Shown here piece by piece: positions 38,975-47,904 of a stretch of 64,000 nucleotides of DNA (position 1 is its first letter; every line of letters starts with the position of its first letter). Position numbers and translations under genes: made by a program. The DNA is from an uncultured bacterium. GTDB lineage: Bacteria; Pseudomonadota; Alphaproteobacteria; Rhodospirillales; Rhodospirillaceae. Location: positions 9,202 to 73,201 of the forward strand of contig CAISTS010000057.1 of assembly GCA_903888485.1 (NCBI GenBank), read 5' to 3'. The notes under the pieces are model-generated. The model ran no database searches and was not told where the DNA came from. It saw only the letters and a list, made by a program, of their open reading frames with translations.

Positions 38975-39130
38975 GTCGTCATCCCGGACAAGCCGAACGG
39001 GGGCGAGGCGCGATCCGGGGTAAATGAGACACCACTGGCCTCTTGCGAGCGCCGCGACGCAGCGGTCGCCTTGGTTTTGGCAGCCCTTCTTCGCTACCGC
39101 TCTGGGTCCTCGGGACAAGCCCGAGGACGA
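38975..39130. repeat. REP-like intergenic palindromic elements between convergent genes
   Basis: Two units share the core GGACAAGCC. One is an imperfect palindrome GTCATCCCGGA...TCCGGGGTAAATGAGAC (38978-39030). The other is a perfect 9-bp hairpin GTCCTCGGG-ACAAG-CCCGAGGAC (39106-39128). Confidence 0.45.
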
Positions 39131-39147
39131 CGGCGGTATGTGGTGCG

Positions 39148-40476
39148 CTAAGGCGCCGGTGCGCGTTTGCCGTCGGCCAGGTCCTTAAACATGTCGAGCT
39201 GCCACACGAGCTCGGCTTCGGTGGAATCGAAGCCGCCTCCGGCGCGCGGGCGGATGACCGCATCGGGCGTCACGCGCGCGACCTTGATCTGCAATTGCAC
39301 TGCGTCCTCGGCGGAAAAATCCGCCGCCCAGGCCACAGCCAACATGCCCTTGGCGCTGGCCGCGCGGATCACTTCGGCCACCGCACCCACCGGCAGATCG
39401 GCCAGACGCGCGAGCGAGGTCACCACAACCGGGGTGACACCTTCGGCGGCGGCATTGAGAATATACTGCGGGTTGAGCCGCTTGGCTTGCACCAGGGCCT
39501 CGGTCTGGCGTTCGGCGACGCGCAGCACCTCGGGATGGAGGATGGCGTTGGGATCGTCCGGGGAGAGCCCCTTCTCGCCGTCGCGCGCGAGCTTGTCGCG
39601 CACCATCTTGCCGAGCGCGGCGACCGTGTCGCTGTCGATATCGGTGCGTGCCGCCAACTTCTGCAGCAGCGAATCGGCGACGAACTCGGCGAGGCGCAGC
39701 GCCATGCGCGCGTTCAGCGTGGGCCGGTGCACGAGCGGTTCGTGCCAGGACGCCTGGCGCGGCGCGGCATCGATGATCGCATCCAGCGTTTCCTCGCAGA
39801 TTTGCGCGGTGGCGTTTTTAAGGAGAGACGTGATCGCGTCGACGTTGCCTGTACCGACGATAGCGTTGGAGACCTCCTCGCCGACATTGATACGCCGCGA
39901 GATAGCGACCAGCTGCGCCGACATGGGGCTCGCCTGGATGATCGCCGCCAGATCGTCGTCGGTGAGTACCGGCGAGAACTCGAGCACGGGGCCCGCGACC
40001 GAAGCCTCGGTGTCCTGAGCGAGAGTCAGCACCACGTCGTGGGGCGCGTCGGGTAAGGTTTTCAGCGCTTCGGCCAACGCACGGCGCACGCGCGGCAGCT
40101 GGTCGCGCGCGAGCAACGTCAGTACCTGATGCACCGTGCGCCATGCTTTGGCCTGCTGATCATGGGACAGGCCCGGAACCACGCGACCGACGCGATCGGC
40201 GAGGTCGACGCGCACGTCGGCGCTTTCGTCTTCGGCCAGGATCAGCGAGGCTTTGACTGGCGTCGCCTGATTGATGGCGATAGCACGGCGCACCGTGATG
40301 TCGGGATCGCGCGCGAGGAAGTACAGGATTTCGGGTTCGAGGTCATCGCGTTGGGCCAGCGTCAACCGCACGCCGGGATCGGGATGGTCCAGGAGCGCGC
40401 GCGCCTGCTCGTAGGTGACCTTCTGGCCGGTCATCCCGAGCATGTGCACAAGGCGGTCCTTGGCGGGCGTCATCAT
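39148..40476 (-). CDS. DUF2336-like helical-repeat protein (function unknown)
   Basis: 442 aa of HEAT/ARM-like repeats (e.g. LARDPDITVRRAIA). The DUF2336 call is by eye. ATGA-coupled to the upstream cyclase gene. Confidence 0.55.
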   Translation of the reverse strand: MMTPAKDRLVHMLGMTGQKVTYEQARALLDHPDPGVRLTLAQRDDLEPEILYFLARDPDITVRRAIAINQATPVKASLILAEDESADVRVDLADRVGRVVPGLSHDQQAKAWRTVHQVLTLLARDQLPRVRRALAEALKTLPDAPHDVVLTLAQDTEASVAGPVLEFSPVLTDDDLAAIIQASPMSAQLVAISRRINVGEEVSNAIVGTGNVDAITSLLKNATAQICEETLDAIIDAAPRQASWHEPLVHRPTLNARMALRLAEFVADSLLQKLAARTDIDSDTVAALGKMVRDKLARDGEKGLSPDDPNAILHPEVLRVAERQTEALVQAKRLNPQYILNAAAEGVTPVVVTSLARLADLPVGAVAEVIRAASAKGMLAVAWAADFSAEDAVQLQIKVARVTPDAVIRPRAGGGFDSTEAELVWQLDMFKDLADGKRAPAP

Positions 40477-42212
40477 GCCGGCACTCCGGTGGACGCGGGC
40501 GCCGGGTCGGCGATTGTGTAGGAGCCTTTGCCGCCGCGCTTGGCCTGGTACATGGCGGCGTCGGCGCGCGCCAACAGGCCGTCGAGGTCTTCTCCGCCGC
40601 CCGGATCCCAGGCCGCGATACCGATGGACATCCCCACAGGCTTATCAGGGCGGCCGGAGAGATGAACAAGCGCGCTGATGCGCTCCAGGAACTGTGACGC
40701 ACGCGTCTTGGCGATCGTAAGGTCGGCGCCGTTGAGCCAGCAGGCGAATTCGTCGCCCCCCAAACGCGCAATGGCGTCCGTCGGGCGCGTTTGCTGCACG
40801 AGGATGTCGCGGATCTTCATGAGTAGGTCGTCGCCCGCCTGGTGACCGCGGGTGTCGTTGACGCACTTGAAGTTGTCGAGATCGACGTACATCAAGACGC
40901 CGTTGCCGCCGTCGCGCCTGAGACGATGCAGGAAGCGCTTCAACGCTTCCATGAATGCCCCGCGATTGAGCAGGCCCGTGAGCGCATCGGTGCGCGAGAT
41001 GCGCAGCACATGCTCATGGTGCGTGAATTGCTCGATGGTGATGCCGACCTGGTTGGCGATGTCGCCGATGAGAAGGCGGTCGTCGTCGCTCCAGGCGCCG
41101 CGTTCGACCGGACGCCAGAGCACGACCGCCCCGTTGGAATCGTGCTGATAGCGCGCCGGCGCGGCCAGCACTTGATGCTCGCCGAGCAGCAGCTCGACGG
41201 CGCCGGCCCCGCCGGCGATGGTGTGCAGCACGGGCGTGGCCTGCGTTGCGCTGAGATCGCCGTAGCGCGCCGCGAGCTGGTACCCAGGCGTGGTGCTTGT
41301 CAGCGGCACGTCGCCAGGCGCGGTGCGGATGGTTCGAAAGATGTGGCAGTGCTCGGCGCCCAAGCCCTTGGCGAGCGCTTCGGCGGCCACGTTGAGCATG
41401 GCCTCGGGATCGACCTCGTCGCGGAAGGCGCGCACGATGCGGGTCAGCACGCGTTCACGGTTGCGCACACGGGTCAGCGTGGCTTCGCGGTCGCGGGTTT
41501 CGGTGACGTCGCGGCAAACACCGCGCGCGCCCACCCACGAGCCGTCCTTGGATGTCAGCGGCATGGCCGAGATCACCACGCAGGCCGAACGGCCGTCGCT
41601 GCGCCGCAGCCACGCCTCTTCGCTTTCGATTCGCCGGCGTGTGAGGAAGGGCACTTCTCCGCCAATTGGCGCATCGCTCACCATGAGCGCTACCGGCTCG
41701 AGCGCCATCAAACGGTCGGCGGTGTAGCCGAGCGCGCCGCGCGGGGGCACGAAGTTGAATCGCCCGTCGGCGCCGGTTTCCCAGGCGAAGTCGGTCGAGA
41801 TGTCGATGAAGTCTTTGTAGCGCCGGCGGCTATCGACCAGGGCCAGGCGCAAGCTGGTGTCGAGCGTCAGGTCGCGCACGAACAACAAAGTTCCCCGACC
41901 CGCATCCAGCGGAACCAGAGTTACTTGCAGGTTCTGCAGTTTGTCGCCGGCGCCCACGTCGACCATATCGACCAGCGCGCGATCTCCCGCGCGGCTGCGC
42001 GCCGCAGCGGCGGAAAGCTTCGCACTGTCTTCCACCGAAAGCCTCGCGGCGAATTCATGAGCAACGGGATTGGCGGGTTCGATGCGCCCCTCAACGGTGA
42101 CGCAGAACACGGCTTCTTCGTACCGCTGCAAGGCTGCAGCGGAGACACCCAGCGCCGTCGGTTCCGACGGAGTCCGGATTAACGGCGATGAATCGGCGCG
42201 ATCGAGCGCCAT
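40473..42212 (-). CDS. sensory diguanylate cyclase (PAS/GAF-like N-terminal region + GGDEF)
   Basis: Intact active site RLGGDEF with I-site RPTD five residues upstream. Start ATG 42212 (MALDRADSS...) preferred over the track start 42455. Confidence 0.85.
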   Translation of the reverse strand: MALDRADSSPLIRTPSEPTALGVSAAALQRYEEAVFCVTVEGRIEPANPVAHEFAARLSVEDSAKLSAAAARSRAGDRALVDMVDVGAGDKLQNLQVTLVPLDAGRGTLLFVRDLTLDTSLRLALVDSRRRYKDFIDISTDFAWETGADGRFNFVPPRGALGYTADRLMALEPVALMVSDAPIGGEVPFLTRRRIESEEAWLRRSDGRSACVVISAMPLTSKDGSWVGARGVCRDVTETRDREATLTRVRNRERVLTRIVRAFRDEVDPEAMLNVAAEALAKGLGAEHCHIFRTIRTAPGDVPLTSTTPGYQLAARYGDLSATQATPVLHTIAGGAGAVELLLGEHQVLAAPARYQHDSNGAVVLWRPVERGAWSDDDRLLIGDIANQVGITIEQFTHHEHVLRISRTDALTGLLNRGAFMEALKRFLHRLRRDGGNGVLMYVDLDNFKCVNDTRGHQAGDDLLMKIRDILVQQTRPTDAIARLGGDEFACWLNGADLTIAKTRASQFLERISALVHLSGRPDKPVGMSIGIAAWDPGGGEDLDGLLARADAAMYQAKRGGKGSYTIADPAPASTGVPA

Positions 42213-42402
42213 GGAGAGTCCCCACACTGATAAGGAGCTTTCCCGTTCTGGGTGCTCCACTTTTACCAAAATCCTCCACCGGAGGTTTCGAGTAAAATGG
42301 AGTTTAAGCGGCGGCAAGGCGAAGGGGAAGGCGCTGACCGGACGGGCCGGCCAAATCCACGGCTGTGCAAGAGATGGCTTTGCCTGGCAGGAGGCAGCGG
42401 CT

Positions 42403-42468
42403 ATGTTCCGGCATCTTGCGGCCGTGGGCGCCGCCAGCCTGGTCGGAATACACAATGGAAATCAATAG
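42403..42468 (+). CDS. possible 21-aa upstream ORF overlapping the dapD start
   Basis: AGGAGG (42389-42394), 8-nt spacer, ATG. Reads [21 protein letters not shown]. The stop lies 14 nt inside dapD. Confidence 0.25.
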   Translation: MFRHLAAVGAASLVGIHNGNQ

Positions 42469-43297
42469 CTTAAAGTCTGCGGTCGAGGCCGCCTGGGAGG
42501 CCCGCGAGAGCCTGAATGCCGCGAGCCAAGGACCGGCGCGCGAGGCCGTGAATGCGGCCCTGGACATGCTCGACGCCGGAACCTTGCGCGTCGCCGAGAA
42601 GAAAGACGGCCGCTGGACCGTCAACGAGTGGCTGAAGAAGGCCGTGCTGCTGTCCTTCCGGCTGAACGACATGACGCCGATTCCCGGCGGCCCTGGCGGC
42701 GCGCCGTGGTGGGACAAAGTGCCCTCGAAATTCGCCGGCTGGAACGCCGCGCAGTTCAAGCAGGCGGGCTTTCGCGCCGTGCCCGGCAGCATCGTGCGCC
42801 GTTCGGCGCACATCGCGCCCGGCGTCGTGCTGATGCCGTCCTTCGTCAACGTCGGCGCCTTCGTCGACAGCGGCACCATGGTCGATACCTGGGCCACTGT
42901 CGGCTCTTGCGCACAGATCGGCAAGAACGTGCACATCTCGGGCGGCACCGGCATCGGTGGCGTGCTCGAGCCGTTGCAGGCCGGCCCGGTCATCATCGAA
43001 GACAACTGCTTCATCGGCGCGCGCTCCGAAGTCGCCGAGGGCGTCATCGTCGAAGAAGGCGCGGTGCTGTCCATGGGCGTGTTCATCGGCGCATCGACCA
43101 AGATCGTCGATCGCACCACCGGTGAAATTTTTGTCGGCCGCGTGCCCGCTTATAGCGTGGTCGTTCCCGGCGCGCTTCCGGGCAAGGCGTTGCCCAACGG
43201 AAGCCCCGGCCCCAGCCTCGCCTGTGCCGTCATCGTCAAGCGCGTCGATGCGCAAACCCGCTCCAAGACCGGTATCAACGAACTCCTCCGCGACTGA
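42455..43297 (+). CDS. dapD: 2,3,4,5-tetrahydropyridine-2,6-dicarboxylate N-succinyltransferase
   Basis: N-terminus [18 protein letters not shown] and hexapeptide-repeat C-terminal half. Confidence 0.92.
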   Translation: MEINSLKSAVEAAWEARESLNAASQGPAREAVNAALDMLDAGTLRVAEKKDGRWTVNEWLKKAVLLSFRLNDMTPIPGGPGGAPWWDKVPSKFAGWNAAQFKQAGFRAVPGSIVRRSAHIAPGVVLMPSFVNVGAFVDSGTMVDTWATVGSCAQIGKNVHISGGTGIGGVLEPLQAGPVIIEDNCFIGARSEVAEGVIVEEGAVLSMGVFIGASTKIVDRTTGEIFVGRVPAYSVVVPGALPGKALPNGSPGPSLACAVIVKRVDAQTRSKTGINELLRD

Positions 43298-43299
43298 CC

Positions 43300-44454
43300 A
43301 TGCCTGCCGCCGCCACCGACGCGCTTGAACTCGCCCGCGCCTTGATCAAAAGGCCGAGCGTGACTCCGCGCGACGAAGGCGCGCTCGGTGTGCTGGAAAC
43401 GGCGCTGAAGGGCCTCGGCTTTGCCTGCGAGCGCATGGTGTTCGAGGGCGACGGCGGCGAGCGCACCGAGAACCTCTACGCGCGTCTCGGCATAGCATCG
43501 CCGAACTTCTGTTTCGCAGGGCACACTGACGTTGTGCCGGTGGGCAACGGCTGGACCGCCGAACCCTTTGCTGGCGATGTGGTCAACGGCCGCCTATATG
43601 GTCGCGGCGCTTCGGACATGAAGAGCGCCATCGCCGCCTTTGTCGCCGCGGCCGCGCGCCTCACGCAGGGTGGCAAGCCGGCGGGTTCCATCAGCCTGCT
43701 CATCACCGGCGACGAAGAGGGCGATGCCATCAACGGCACGGTGAAGATGCTGCAGCGCCTGAAGGCGCGCGGCGAGAAGCTCGACGTCTGCCTGGTGGGC
43801 GAGCCCACCAACCCCACCAAGCTCGGCGAAATGATCAAGATCGGCCGGCGCGGCAGCCTAACGGCGAAGCTGACGGTGCACGGCACGCAGGGTCATTCTG
43901 CCTATCCGCATCTTGCCGACAACCCGATCCCCAAGCTGATGAAGCTGCTAGCCGCCATCACCGACAAGCCGCTCGACAACGGCTCGGCGCATTTCCAGGC
44001 CTCGACACTGGCGATCACCACGGTCGATGTCGGCAATGCTGCCACCAACGTCATCCCGGCATCGGCGCGCGCCGGCTTCAACATCCGCTTCAACGACCTG
44101 CATTCGGGCGCGTCGCTGATCAAGTGGCTGCACGAAAAGTTCGACGCCGTCGCCAAGGATCAATACGAACTGTCCGCACGCATCTCGGGCGAGAGCTTCC
44201 TTACGCCGCCGGGCGCGCTCAGTACCCTGGTGGCCGACGCCGTCAAAGAAGTCACGGGCATTACGCCGGAACTGTCCACCACCGGCGGCACATCGGACGC
44301 GCGCTTCATCAAGGACGCTTGTCCGGTTTGCGAATTCGGCTTGGTCGGCCAGTCGATGCACAAGGCTGACGAGCACTGCGCCGTGGCCGATATCGAGAAG
44401 CTGACCGACATTTATCACCGCATTCTCGCGCGCTATTTCGCCAAGGCGGCCTGA
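43300..44454 (+). CDS. dapE: succinyl-diaminopimelate desuccinylase
   Basis: M20 peptidase motifs: [24 protein letters not shown]. Confidence 0.92.
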   Translation: MPAAATDALELARALIKRPSVTPRDEGALGVLETALKGLGFACERMVFEGDGGERTENLYARLGIASPNFCFAGHTDVVPVGNGWTAEPFAGDVVNGRLYGRGASDMKSAIAAFVAAAARLTQGGKPAGSISLLITGDEEGDAINGTVKMLQRLKARGEKLDVCLVGEPTNPTKLGEMIKIGRRGSLTAKLTVHGTQGHSAYPHLADNPIPKLMKLLAAITDKPLDNGSAHFQASTLAITTVDVGNAATNVIPASARAGFNIRFNDLHSGASLIKWLHEKFDAVAKDQYELSARISGESFLTPPGALSTLVADAVKEVTGITPELSTTGGTSDARFIKDACPVCEFGLVGQSMHKADEHCAVADIEKLTDIYHRILARYFAKAA

Positions 44455-45005
44455 TGGCGCGCTTCAGCGCTGCGCTGGCCGGCATTCGCTTGATCTACAA
44501 GTTCGATGCGCGCGCGTGGGAGTTCTTCGACCTTTCGCCCGCCGGTTTTCGCCATGCCTTTCTGGCGCCGCTGATCCTGGCCCCCTTGCAGATCGGCCAC
44601 CGGTTATTCCTGTTCGATCCCGAAAAGAGCGGCGATTTCGCCGTCAACGTAACGGGCGAAGTCCTGAACTTCGTTGTGAGCTGGCTGCTGTTTCCCTTCG
44701 CCATGCTCTACATCGTGCCGCTGCTGGGGCGCGCGCCGCGCTACTACGCGCTGCTCGTGCCTTATTTCTGGATGCAGCTGCCGATCAATCTGGCGATCTC
44801 GAGCCTTCAGCTTCTTGTTGATGGCGGGATGTTGGCCGAGGGCATCATGGGTCCCCTGCAACTCGTGCTGCTGGCGGTCTATGCGGTCTATGGCACCTTC
44901 GTCGCCGGGCTCGGCCTAGCCGTCACCACCGGCGCGGCCTTCGGCCTCGTCGTGCTCGACGTGGTGCTTGGGCTACTGCTCTATCAGATCTTGAACGCAA
45001 TCTAG
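44454..45005 (+). CDS. polytopic membrane protein, hypothetical
   Basis: 183 aa with about five hydrophobic helices. TGATG overlap with dapE. Confidence 0.55.
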   Translation: MARFSAALAGIRLIYKFDARAWEFFDLSPAGFRHAFLAPLILAPLQIGHRLFLFDPEKSGDFAVNVTGEVLNFVVSWLLFPFAMLYIVPLLGRAPRYYALLVPYFWMQLPINLAISSLQLLVDGGMLAEGIMGPLQLVLLAVYAVYGTFVAGLGLAVTTGAAFGLVVLDVVLGLLLYQILNAI

Positions 45006-45742
45006 GGATATTTGACGTAAGTCAAATAGAGGCCGTCCGGCGGCGCCGTCGGCCCGGCGGCCGATCTGTCGTGAGCGTCCAACGCCGCCTTCACATCGGC
45101 TTTCGTCCACTTGCCCTCGCCGACAAACTTCAGCGTGCCGACGATGTTACGCACCTGGTGATGCAGGAACGAACGCGCCCGCGCGGTGAGCGCGATCACT
45201 TCGCCGTCCCGCGTCACATTGATCTCGTCGATTGTCTTGACCGGCGATTCCGCCTGGCACTCGGCGGCGCGGAAACTCGAGAAGTCGTGTTTGCCGATCA
45301 GCACCTGCGCCGCATCGTGCATGGCGGCGACATCGAGGGGCGGCGACACCCACCAGGCGTGGCCGGCCTCGAGCACCGCCGGCGCGCGGCGATTGACGAT
45401 TCGGTAAATATAGCCGCGCTCGATGGCCGAGAACCGCGCGTGGAAGTCTTCGCCGACTTTCTCAGCCTTCAACACCGCCACGGGGTGTGGCCGCAAATGG
45501 GCGTTGAGCGCATTGGCGACCACCTCGGGGCGGTCGTCGCGCGGCAGATCGACGTGGGCCACCTGACCCAGCGCGTGCACGCCCGCGTCTGTGCGGCCCG
45601 CACCCTGCACCAGCGCGTCCACCTGGCAATAGCCGCGCACGGCGGCTTCGAGCGCGGCTTGCACGGAAGGCCCGTTGTCCTGGCGCTGCCAGCCGACGAA
45701 CGGCGTGCCATCGTATTCAATCGTCAATTTGAAGCGTGGCAT
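45002..45742 (-). CDS. truA: tRNA pseudouridine(38-40) synthase
   Basis: From ATG 45742: MPRFKLTIEYDGTPFVGWQRQ; catalytic GRTDAGVHA. Confidence 0.92.
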   Translation of the reverse strand: MPRFKLTIEYDGTPFVGWQRQDNGPSVQAALEAAVRGYCQVDALVQGAGRTDAGVHALGQVAHVDLPRDDRPEVVANALNAHLRPHPVAVLKAEKVGEDFHARFSAIERGYIYRIVNRRAPAVLEAGHAWWVSPPLDVAAMHDAAQVLIGKHDFSSFRAAECQAESPVKTIDEINVTRDGEVIALTARARSFLHHQVRNIVGTLKFVGEGKWTKADVKAALDAHDRSAAGPTAPPDGLYLTYVKYP

Positions 45743-45752
45743 GAGCGTTACG

Positions 45753-46343
45753 TTAGACGACTTCGCTGACTTGCTGGCCGGCGATCTGGCCGCCGTGCGC
45801 GGCGAGCCATTCGTCCGCCAGCATGGCCCACCGCTCATGATCGCGCCACACGCCGCCGACCTTAAGGAACCCGGGCGAGAAGCCCTCCTTGCGGAAGCCC
45901 AATCGTTTCACCAGGGCGAGCGAGGCCGCGTTTTCCGGCTGGATGTTGGCCTCGAGCCGGTGGAACTCCAGGATCGTGAAGGCGTGGTCGAGCACCAGCG
46001 CAAGGCCTTCGGTCATGTGGCCGCGCCCGCTGTAGGGCGCCGCAGCGTAGTAGCCGAGCGACGCCGAACGGAAACCGCCCATAATGGGATCGTTGATGTT
46101 GATGACGCCGATGAGCGAGTCGTCGTCGTTGCGCGCAATCAGGAAGCCATGGGCATAGCCGTTCTCGACCCGGTCGAGATAAGCCTTGAAGTGCTTGAGG
46201 TCGGCGGGCGGATAGACCCAGGGGTGATGATAGTTCTTGCTGCCGGTGGTCAGCGTTAGGAAGTCCTCGGCCACGTCCTTCGTCGGCGTGAACAAGTAGA
46301 CCGTCTCTCCGCGTACGACTGCTTTGCGCCGCCGTCCAAACAT
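45753..46343 (-). CDS. GNAT-family N-acetyltransferase (RimJ/RimL-like)
   Basis: HRLEANIQPENAASLALVKRLGFRKEGF block. Confidence 0.8.
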   Translation of the reverse strand: MFGRRRKAVVRGETVYLFTPTKDVAEDFLTLTTGSKNYHHPWVYPPADLKHFKAYLDRVENGYAHGFLIARNDDDSLIGVININDPIMGGFRSASLGYYAAAPYSGRGHMTEGLALVLDHAFTILEFHRLEANIQPENAASLALVKRLGFRKEGFSPGFLKVGGVWRDHERWAMLADEWLAAHGGQIAGQQVSEVV

Positions 46344-46375
46344 GCCGAGCCCTTGCTGCGAGGTTGGCGCTTATC

Positions 46376-47287
46376 TTAGGCGAGCACGCTTCCCTTGGGC
46401 AACGCATAGCCGCGCAGGAAGATATCCGCCGCCATGGGCGCTTTGCCGGCGCGCTGCACGCTGACCAAGCGCACGGCGCCGTCTGCGCAATTGATCGCAA
46501 GCCGGTCGTCGGTGGCGGTTCCGGGCGCACCGCCGCCATGGGCCAGCTCGACCTTCAGCACTTTGATGCGCTCGTTACCGTGCACGAACCACGCGCCGGG
46601 GAACGGCGACAGGCCATGGATATGGCGCAAAACATCACCCGCCGGCCTGTTCCAGCCGATATGCGCCTCGGTCTTGTCGATCTTGGCAGCCATGACCACG
46701 CCCTCTGCCGGTTGCGGAGTCGGGCGCAGGGTGCCGCCCTCCAGTCCCGCGAGCGCTTCCAGAACGAGATCACCGCCGACCTGCGCCAACGTGTCGTGGA
46801 GCGCGCCGGCGGTCGTGCTGGCCGTGATGGGCGTGGCGCGCTTCAGCAGCATCGGACCTGTATCGAGTCCCGCATCCATCTGCATGATGGTCACGCCGCT
46901 TTCGGCATCCCCCGCCATGATGGCGCGCTGGATGGGCGCCGCGCCACGCCAGCGCGGCAGGAGCGAGGCATGGATATTGACGCAGCCGAGGCGCGGCGCA
47001 TCCAGCACCGCCTGCGGCAGGATGAGGCCGTAGGCCGCGACCACCGCGATATCAGCGTCCAGCGCTTTGAACGTCGCTTGCGCGTCTTCCTTCTTCAGCG
47101 ACTTGGGTGCGTGAATCGGGATGCCGTGTTTCTCGGCGAAGAGCTGCGTAGCGCTCGGGCGATCCTGCTGGCCACGTCCGGCGGGGCGCGGCGGCTGGGT
47201 GTAGACCGTGATAACGTCGTGCTCTTCCTTGATGCGCGCGAGCGCGGCGACCGCGAAGTCGGGCGTTCCCATGAACACGACGCGCAT
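46376..47287 (-). CDS. fmt: methionyl-tRNA formyltransferase
   Basis: MRVVFMGTPDFAV and HASLLPRWRGAAPIQRAI. Confidence 0.93.
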   Translation of the reverse strand: MRVVFMGTPDFAVAALARIKEEHDVITVYTQPPRPAGRGQQDRPSATQLFAEKHGIPIHAPKSLKKEDAQATFKALDADIAVVAAYGLILPQAVLDAPRLGCVNIHASLLPRWRGAAPIQRAIMAGDAESGVTIMQMDAGLDTGPMLLKRATPITASTTAGALHDTLAQVGGDLVLEALAGLEGGTLRPTPQPAEGVVMAAKIDKTEAHIGWNRPAGDVLRHIHGLSPFPGAWFVHGNERIKVLKVELAHGGGAPGTATDDRLAINCADGAVRLVSVQRAGKAPMAADIFLRGYALPKGSVLA

Positions 47288-47308
47288 TGGCGGGCTCCAG
47301 AGCGGGGC

Positions 47309-47851
47309 TTAGACGGTCTCGAGCGCGTGACGCTTGGCGGCTTGCTCGAGTTTCTTATATTTGGTGAGACGCCGCATGATCATGCTGCGCTTGAGGTTCG
47401 AGATATGATCGACGAACAGCGTGCCTTCGAGGTGATCCATCTCGTGTTGGATGATCACCGAGAGCAGCCCGTCGGCGTAGATGGTGCGGATTTCGTTGTG
47501 CTCGTCCACATAGCGCACCTTGATCTTGTCCGGACGGGTGACCTGATCGTACTCCTCGGGCAGCGAGAGACAGCCCTCTTCATGCTGCTTGGTCTCATCG
47601 GACTTCCAGACGATCTCGGGATTGGCCATTTTGAGCGGCGACGGCGGCGCACCGTCACGCGCAGGGTCCACCACGATGATGCGCTTGAGCACACCGACTT
47701 GCGGCGCGGCCAAGCCGACCCCGGGCGCGTCGTACATGGTCGCGAGCATGTCATCCATAAAATTGGCGATGGATGCATCCACGCGTTCGACCGCCACGGC
47801 CTTTTTCTTGAGGCGAGGGTCCGGGGCAACGATGATCTCTAAGAGCGCCAT
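47309..47851 (-). CDS. def: peptide deformylase
   Basis: GVGLAAPQ, EGCLSLP, QHEMDHL motifs. Confidence 0.95.
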   Translation of the reverse strand: MALLEIIVAPDPRLKKKAVAVERVDASIANFMDDMLATMYDAPGVGLAAPQVGVLKRIIVVDPARDGAPPSPLKMANPEIVWKSDETKQHEEGCLSLPEEYDQVTRPDKIKVRYVDEHNEIRTIYADGLLSVIIQHEMDHLEGTLFVDHISNLKRSMIMRRLTKYKKLEQAAKRHALETV

Positions 47852-47904
47852 GGCGGTGAGATAAGGCCAGGCGGGCAGCCCGTCAACGCTTAACCGACGG
47901 GCCC

